NCBI GenBank assembly: GCA_965153285.1
Contig: OZ229110.1
DNA from: Podarcis tiliguerta
Taxonomy: Eukaryota
Length of the DNA stretch: 64,000 nucleotides
Direction: 5' to 3' (one strand)
In this document: in pieces, positions 58,201 to 64,000 of the stretch
Position numbering within the stretch: the first letter of the stretch is position 1
Layout: every line of letters begins with the position of its first letter
Translations under genes and position numbers: made by a program
Notes under the pieces: model-generated
Seen by the model: only the letters and a program-made list of their open reading frames with translations
What the model was told of the DNA's origin: nothing
Databases searched by the model: none

Positions 58201-61200
58201 AATTCTGTAACATCTGTACTGGGACAGTTGTTACCAGTTGGAGGTAAACTGAATGTCTGTGCACAAGAGGTAAGTGTTACTTTTGCCCTCAGATAAGAGT
58301 TTTTAATTTGACATTCTCAAACTGCATATCATGCGTCTTTCTCTGTCTACCAAGGGATATGCAGATTGTGCATATGTTTTAGTACCCAACCATTGCCTGC
58401 TTTGATGCCTTGTCTCATGTTTCTGCTTTGTTGCTACAGGCAGGCCTTGTTAGAATGGGCCATATTCAACAAACCTGTTGTGCTAGTGGAAGCTGTTGCA
58501 AGGATTCCTGATAGCGCAGCAGGAATTCTGCCCCTCTCTTCCCTCTGTGCTCCCCAAATCTCCTCTGGAGGGTTGGGGGGTGTTATGAGGCATGCATCTG
58601 AACCCACATGGCCTCAATGTACTGCTCAGGGGATTGCATGGAAGGAGTGCATGTGTCCATTAAAAATGGGTGTATAGCTTTAACCCTTATACCTAATAAA
58701 TAACTAATCATACCAGGAAGTAGAGAAAGATTGGTCTATTTCACAAAAATGAAGAGACGGAGTTAGAGTTGCCATACATCCGGAATTTCCCAGAGACACC
58801 TGGAATACTGTGGTTGAATTGCAAAAAACAACAACTTTTGTGTCCAGATTTTCACTTTTTGAAATGTGGCAACCCTAATATAGATGCTGCTTCAGACAGC
58901 ACGGTTATACATATACACAAGCATTTAATGCATTCATTAGGCATACACAAACATTAGATCTAAAGAATAAAAGTCTGTTACTAATCCAAAGCCTGCAGGG
59001 TATGTGTAACAATGTGCCACATACCCACAATAAAAAGAGAAGACTATATGGGAGAGAGAAAGATACCTGATCTGGAAACAAGCAGATTGCAAAATCAAGG
59101 ATGGAGATCTGTGTCTCCTGTGATAATTATTAGGAGCAACAAGGCAGCCTTTTTTTTTTTTGTACTGTACTAGTGCTCCAAAATTTAGAGCTGGTCCCAG
59201 TCAGCAACATGAAAATAGTGTCAATACTTAAGAGTATAAATTAAATGCAAATATCAATCCTAAAATACAATTTTTCCTAAAGTATATTTCACTTCTCCAT
59301 GACTTGTTCTAACATTTATGAAGGTGATTTATAAATATTTTATCTTGATGATTTAATCTATTTTTATAATCTTTTTGTTTTTTAAATGTATATAAAAAGT
59401 TGACAAATGCAAATGGAATATCTGGTTTGTATTTTGAGCAGCTTGATAATGGATCCATATATACATGCCATTCAGATAAAAATCTTCAAGAGCCAACAAA
59501 ACTGACCTTAGTTGGGTAAGACAGTAATATATATATATATTTGTTAATATATTTTATAATAAGACATGGTATTTATACAAATCCCTACAATACTGAAAAG
59601 CTCTATACCCTAGTCAGGCTAGCTTTGTCTGTTACCTCCAGATTTCAGATCTAATTGGTAACTGTTAAATATTATTTATTTTTGTAAAACTACTCACACT
59701 CCACGAATGGTGTTAGTATTTAAAATATTCAAATCTGTTGATTGTGTGGAGTAGGTGTACTTAATTGGTGTTATCAAAAAGATGAGATTTGACCCTAAAT
59801 TTATAAATAAAATATAACAAGTATATAGTGCTTTGTTTGATAAAGTGAGAATAAATAATCTTGATTTTAATCAAATTAGTCCACAGTTGGGGATGAAGCG
59901 AGGCTATCAACATTCTCCTCTTTTGTTTGTTTTGGCCATTGAACCCTTGGCACAACATATTCAGCATAATCCTGAGGAGGTGGTGATGGGAAATGGTCCT
60001 TCTGTTGACTTATATCCAGGTCCTACCTAGGTTGATTTCCTGCTCCTTCAGAAGCCTCCCATCCCATCCTACTTTGTTAGGAGGGGCTCCAGCCCACCAG
60101 AGCCATTGGGAGCTACAGTGGGGGAGGAAGGATAAGTTCAGTTTATTTTAGAAGAAGAAGAAGAAGAAGAAGGAGAGTTTGGATTTGATATCCCGCCTTT
60201 CACTCCCCTTCAGGAGTCTCAAAGTGGCTAACAATCTCCTTTTCCCTTCCTCCCCCACAACAAACACTCTGTGAGGTGAGTGGGGCTGAGAGACTTCAAA
60301 GAAGTGTTACTGGCCCAAGGTCACCCAGCAGCTGCATGTGGAGGAGTGGAGACACGAACCCGGTTCCCCAGATTACGTGACTACCACTCTTAACCACTAC
60401 ACCACACTGGCCTGATGCATTATGTTTCCCTCTGTAAAACAGAAGATTGAATGATGCTTTGTTCAAGAGATTCATTACCCTTACAGCAAGTGATGTGGAG
60501 GACTTGAGGTAGCAAAACAAGGTTCTGTGAATGGAGTCATAGTTAGGAGTCCCATTTTTCACGCTTTTTCACCAGTAAATGGGTGTAATCTCTAATAATC
60601 TTCCCAAGACATTCAATATATAATTTTTAATTATATATCTAATAATGTGCTTCTTTTTTTAAAAAAATTGCAATGCCTAGGTTACCTTGCAGCTCCTGGG
60701 ATACAAAGTCAAAAAAGCCATGCAACTGCACTAAATCACAGTGTCTCAAATTGTAAGTAAACGAAATATTGAAGTATCTATTCTTAGTGTAAAAAAACTC
60801 CAAATGTAATTAATTTATTCCTGCCATATGTATTAGACTGAAGCCATGGCAGTAAACAGGACTTTGATATAGAACAGGATATTAATTTACCACCTCTGAA
60901 GCTGCATTTTTCTCTTCTTTTTATGCACAGTGCTTAGCCTGATGCATACAAAGTAATGCCTGGAAGATACACTTCTGGAAGTGAAAAATAAGGCAGCACA
61001 AAAAAATAAATACCATGACAAAATAAGTGTATCTCTAGTTGTTCATAGTACTATATAAAGATAATATAGAAAATAGAGGTTCTGAGCCATTATGTTCCTT
61101 GCTTTCTTCTAACATTGTAATAGTATTTTTTTTAAAAAAAATGCTTTTATATACAAAATGCAAGTTGAAAATGTATCAGCCTTTTTTATCTGATATTCAT

Positions 61201-64000
61201 TCGTTTTCCTCTGCCACTCTTTAGTAGGTATCTTGAGTAAAGGTTCATGTAAATGTTTACATACGGAATGGGAAGATTACTTAATTACTTGCATTAAATA
61301 AGACATAAATAATGCTGCTTTAGAATAAAAAGGAGACAGAAAATATCTAGAAGGGAAACTAAAGAGAATGGGATCAGCAATCTCCCATTGTAAGCACTTG
61401 CATGAAATGTTGGTTGCTGGATTGGTTGCAATCTTCAGAACGCCAAAAAATTGGGGATAGAGAAAAACAAAATCATAGAATGCACAGATAACCACATGAC
61501 TACATGAACCATCCTTGAAAATGATGAACTATAAAATGTATTTCATCTGCTGCCTTTGTTAATCACAGATACTGTGATTGCTTTGCCAATGGTGATTTCT
61601 GCAGTAACTGCAACTGCAATAATTGTTATAACAATCCACAACATGAACTAGAGAGGATTAAGGCAATTAAGGTAATGCAAGTATTATTATCTACTTTTTA
61701 TTATATCTCCTGTGTTAATTACTGTCCTGTTTCCTAACAAGAGACGAAGGAGAAATCTCCTCAGCAAGGGCTAAAAAGCTGGCAGGGGTCAGCAAACCTT
61801 TTCAGGAGGGGGCCGGTCCACTGTTCCTCAGACCTTTTGGGGGGCTGGTCTATATTTTGAAAAAAATAATGAATGAATTCCTATGCCCCACAAATAACCC
61901 AGAGATGCATTTTAAATAAAAGTACACATTCTACTCATGTAAAAACACACTGATTCCCAGACCGTCCGCAGGCAGGATTTAAAAGGCGATTGAGCCAGAT
62001 CCGGCCCCTGGGCCTTAGTTTGCCTACCCTTGTCCTAGAGATACATGGAAGGGACCTCTTTACCATAGCCATACTTTTAGATTAGGGTTGGCTGAGCAAT
62101 GCACAGAGCTGATGAGCCAAAGACTAGAAGATTAATAGAAATGCCCACAAGCCTCTGAGTTCATTTAAGTATCTAATGTGTACATGCTGGGAAAGAGTGT
62201 GTGGTTTTGAGATTTGCTTGACATTTTTATTGGAAGGACTGTACCCTAGTAGCTCTAGCGGAATAGCCTCCACAGATGACAACATACAGTGCTGTAAGTA
62301 CATCTTGTCTCATGTTAACAGGTGGACCATATAAACAAGAACTTCTTTGATTGCTACCACCTGTAAAAAATAATTAATATGCCTTCAGAAAAGCATAGTT
62401 TTGAAATAAAGTAAGCTATAAAAAGGTAAAAAAATGAATTTTTTTCAATTTGAATGTCTTCTATATAAATAAAAAAATATTTGTTTTAGGCTTGTCTTGA
62501 CAGAAATCCGGAAGCTTTCCTGCCAAAGATTGGAAAAGGGAAACTAGGAGATATCAAGCCCAGACATAATAAAGGATGTAATTGTAAGCGGTCAGGGTGC
62601 CTAAAAAATTACTGTGAATGCTTTGAGGTTTGTTCAATTAAATTTTCTAATTCTGCTTTATAAAGATGTGTAACAGTGGTGGGATTCATCCAGTAATATT
62701 GTAGGCACTTAGAAACTTTATCTGAGGGGAAACTCCCATAGAGTGTGCTCCTCATGGAAAACTGCAGGCTCTAGCAGCAGGTGCAAAGTTTAAAAGCAGC
62801 TAGAATATTGGGTGGCCACCTGCAAAAAAAGACAGGACTTTTGTATCTTTACAGCAGGTGAAACTTTTCTTCTACATCTACACAATTATTAAAGGTACAA
62901 GAGCCCTGTCTTTTGCATCTGCACTAGAAGAAAGGTAAATGGAAATATGCTGGCAAAATGAAGAGAGCATTTCCTATTCCGCCATGCTGGTATGATATAT
63001 TTTACAAAGCAGTATGTGAGGGTTGTACAAGAAACCAAAGATGCTTCTTTGATGATTGAAGTGATGAGTACCAGTATATCTTATTTATTTTTTAGTTATT
63101 TAACAAAATCTGTATCCCTCTTAACTGTAAATACAACTCGGAATTTTACAAAGTATACAAAATGCGCATTCAATTTGTCAATGAAATCAACTTGAGGAGA
63201 ACCCAGAAAGGTTCTTATGGCACCTGAAGGTAAATGTGATACACATGAGTATTAAAGGTAGGAGCAGAAAATCCAAGACAGATACTAAGAGCAGATTCAT
63301 GGATGAGTCCCATACAAGACTTTTATAGGTCAAACCCAGTGCTTCAAATTGTTTCCGGAAACAAGATTGATACTTGAATTGTGCCTATGGAAATAATTAA
63401 GCTTTTCTTTTCTTTTTTAATGCTAGCCAGTGTCAGTCAATCTGGGTCCATATTCTAAACTAACTGACATTTCTTAGTATTCTTCAAAGAGAACTCCACA
63501 TACAACTAGGAGTAGTGAAATATAGTTTATCACACTATAATATTCTTTGTAGCAATTACCAGTGATCTTGAAAGCATACTTCCAAGGAATCATACACAGG
63601 TGGAATCTACACACATAAAAACCGTTCTGAAAATGTTTTTTGAAAAATCATTTTAAAAAAACAATAACATTGAATTTTCCATAAGAGTCACCATTGCCAT
63701 CTAGTGTCAAATTGCATATTGCACTTAAAATGTTTTATTTGCTGCTGTATGGCTGAGTCCTTGTATTGTAGCAGAGCCAGATCTTATATTATTTAATAGT
63801 ATTGAGTGATTTATGAATTAGAACATTTTGCATCTTCTAGGCTAAAATCATGTGTTCATCTATCTGCAAGTGTGTTGGTTGCAAAAATTATGAAGAAAGC
63901 CCAGATCGAAAAACACTAATGAATATACCAAACTATATGGAAATTAAAAGTTATGAAGGAAATGATTCTGTATCATTTTCTAATTTTGAAATATTATCCA
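49083..64000 (+). CDS. TESMIN: TESMIN/MTL5 (testis-expressed metallothionein-like CRC-domain protein), spliced, runs off the 3' end of the window
   Basis: [34 protein letters not shown] (TESMIN-type), CXC-RNPEAF-CXC domain, [14 protein letters not shown]; directly downstream of CPT1A as in human. Confidence 0.93.
50827..51377 (+). CDS. TESMIN: TESMIN large N-terminal exon
   Basis: Long open frame in AT-rich DNA; [11 protein letters not shown]...NIHFPSSL...VEMIP|gtaaga resembles recalled human ELLGEYPGIPE...NVHFLSSL...VRMIP. Confidence 0.85.
51901..52006 (+). CDS. TESMIN: TESMIN extra exon A
   Basis: ttcctag|[35 protein letters not shown]+G|gtgagt; 106 nt, phase 0-1. Confidence 0.7.
52900..53149. 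mobile_element. Tigger-like MITE
   Basis: TA|CAGTCGTACCT...AGGTACCACTG|TA. Confidence 0.85.
53364..53422 (+). CDS. TESMIN: TESMIN extra exon B
   Basis: ttgtag|[20 protein letters not shown]|gtaagt; 59 nt, phase 1-0, restores frame after extra exon A. Confidence 0.7.
54079..54240 (+). CDS. TESMIN: TESMIN exon
   Basis: [22 protein letters not shown]...SPQV|gtaact; resembles human [22 protein letters not shown]. Confidence 0.85.
54461..54800 (+). mobile_element. Sauria SINE, full length
   Basis: tRNA-like head with B box GGTTCGAATCC; flanked by an ~34-bp direct repeat atatgtgtatgattag...ttcttcagagca. Confidence 0.92.
56313..56433 (+). CDS. TESMIN: TESMIN exon
   Basis: [40 protein letters not shown]; 121 nt. 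Confidence 0.93.
58193..58269 (+). CDS. TESMIN: TESMIN exon
   Basis: [26 protein letters not shown]|gtaagt; 77 nt, phase 1-0. Confidence 0.88.
58764..58877. mobile_element. hAT MITE (same family as 39095)
   Basis: TAGAGTTGCCATA...TGTGGCAACCCTA, shared internal tccagattttcacttt. Confidence 0.75.
59442..59515 (+). CDS. TESMIN: TESMIN exon
   Basis: [25 protein letters not shown]|gtaaga; resembles human PGPPKITLAG; phase 0-2. Confidence 0.85.
59830..59972 (+). mobile_element. L1/Tx1 reverse-transcriptase fragment
   Basis: [21 protein letters not shown] is a degenerate form of the RT motif [21 protein letters not shown]. Confidence 0.7.
60149..60411 (-). mobile_element. tRNA/CORE SINE (Squam3-like)
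   Basis: Minus-strand head gccagtgtggtgtagtggttaagag...GGTTCG B box; (TTC)n tail seen as a GAA run. Confidence 0.85.
60681..60752 (+). CDS. TESMIN: TESMIN exon encoding the N-terminal part of CXC1
   Basis: [24 protein letters not shown]|gtaagt; 72 nt, phase 2-2. Confidence 0.9.
61569..61671 (+). CDS. TESMIN: TESMIN CXC1 exon
   Basis: [34 protein letters not shown]; 103 nt. Confidence 0.95.
61783..62032. mobile_element. hAT (Charlie-like) MITE
   Basis: CAGGGGTCAGCAAAC...GTTTGCCTACCCTTG termini. Confidence 0.75.
62490..62627 (+). CDS. TESMIN: TESMIN hinge and CXC2 exon
   Basis: [46 protein letters not shown]; 138 nt. Confidence 0.95.
63841..64000 (+). CDS. TESMIN: TESMIN exon (truncated by window end)
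   Basis: cttctag|[33 protein letters not shown]... Confidence 0.93.

Noticed and set aside
49083-64000. Calling the CRC-domain gene LIN54
   Set aside because: The N-terminal exons match TESMIN-type sequence (ICQLKGGT...LVPQYQDQ), and the position downstream of CPT1A matches TESMIN

Overview
Vertebrate nuclear DNA from a squamate reptile. The repeat content (Sauria SINE, Squam3-like SINE, Bov-B tail, reptile hAT and Tigger MITEs) suggests a lacertid-type lizard, which is an inference. Two spliced genes lie in tandem on the + strand, in the same order as in human. (1) A complete CPT1A: CpG-island promoter, non-coding exon 1 ending at 2564, 18 coding exon positions from 14015 to 45075 (770 aa), and a 3'UTR to about 47270. 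(2) The 5' part of TESMIN/MTL5: CpG island at about 48650-49250 and coding exons from about 49083 to the window end. Main result: CPT1A carries two tandem copies of exon 9 (9A, 88 nt, mammal-like; 9B, 85 nt, divergent). They have the same phase and frameshift if joined, so they look like mutually exclusive exons. A purine-rich element just after the 9A donor can base-pair either with the 9B branch point/polypyrimidine tract/3' splice site or with the U-tract upstream of 9A, suggesting a competing RNA-structure splicing switch. Second result: lizard TESMIN has a 72-nt exon that completes the first CXC zinc domain (LIN54-like; truncated in mammalian TESMIN as I recall it), plus two extra N-terminal exons. 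Also present: candidate PPAR/RFX/CEBP enhancers, a miR-33 8mer, and many TE insertions, including a young MITE carrying a 108-bp double-hairpin tandem array. Exon boundaries were read by eye from GT-AG sites and frame continuity. Family assignments rest on recalled sequences; no searches were run.
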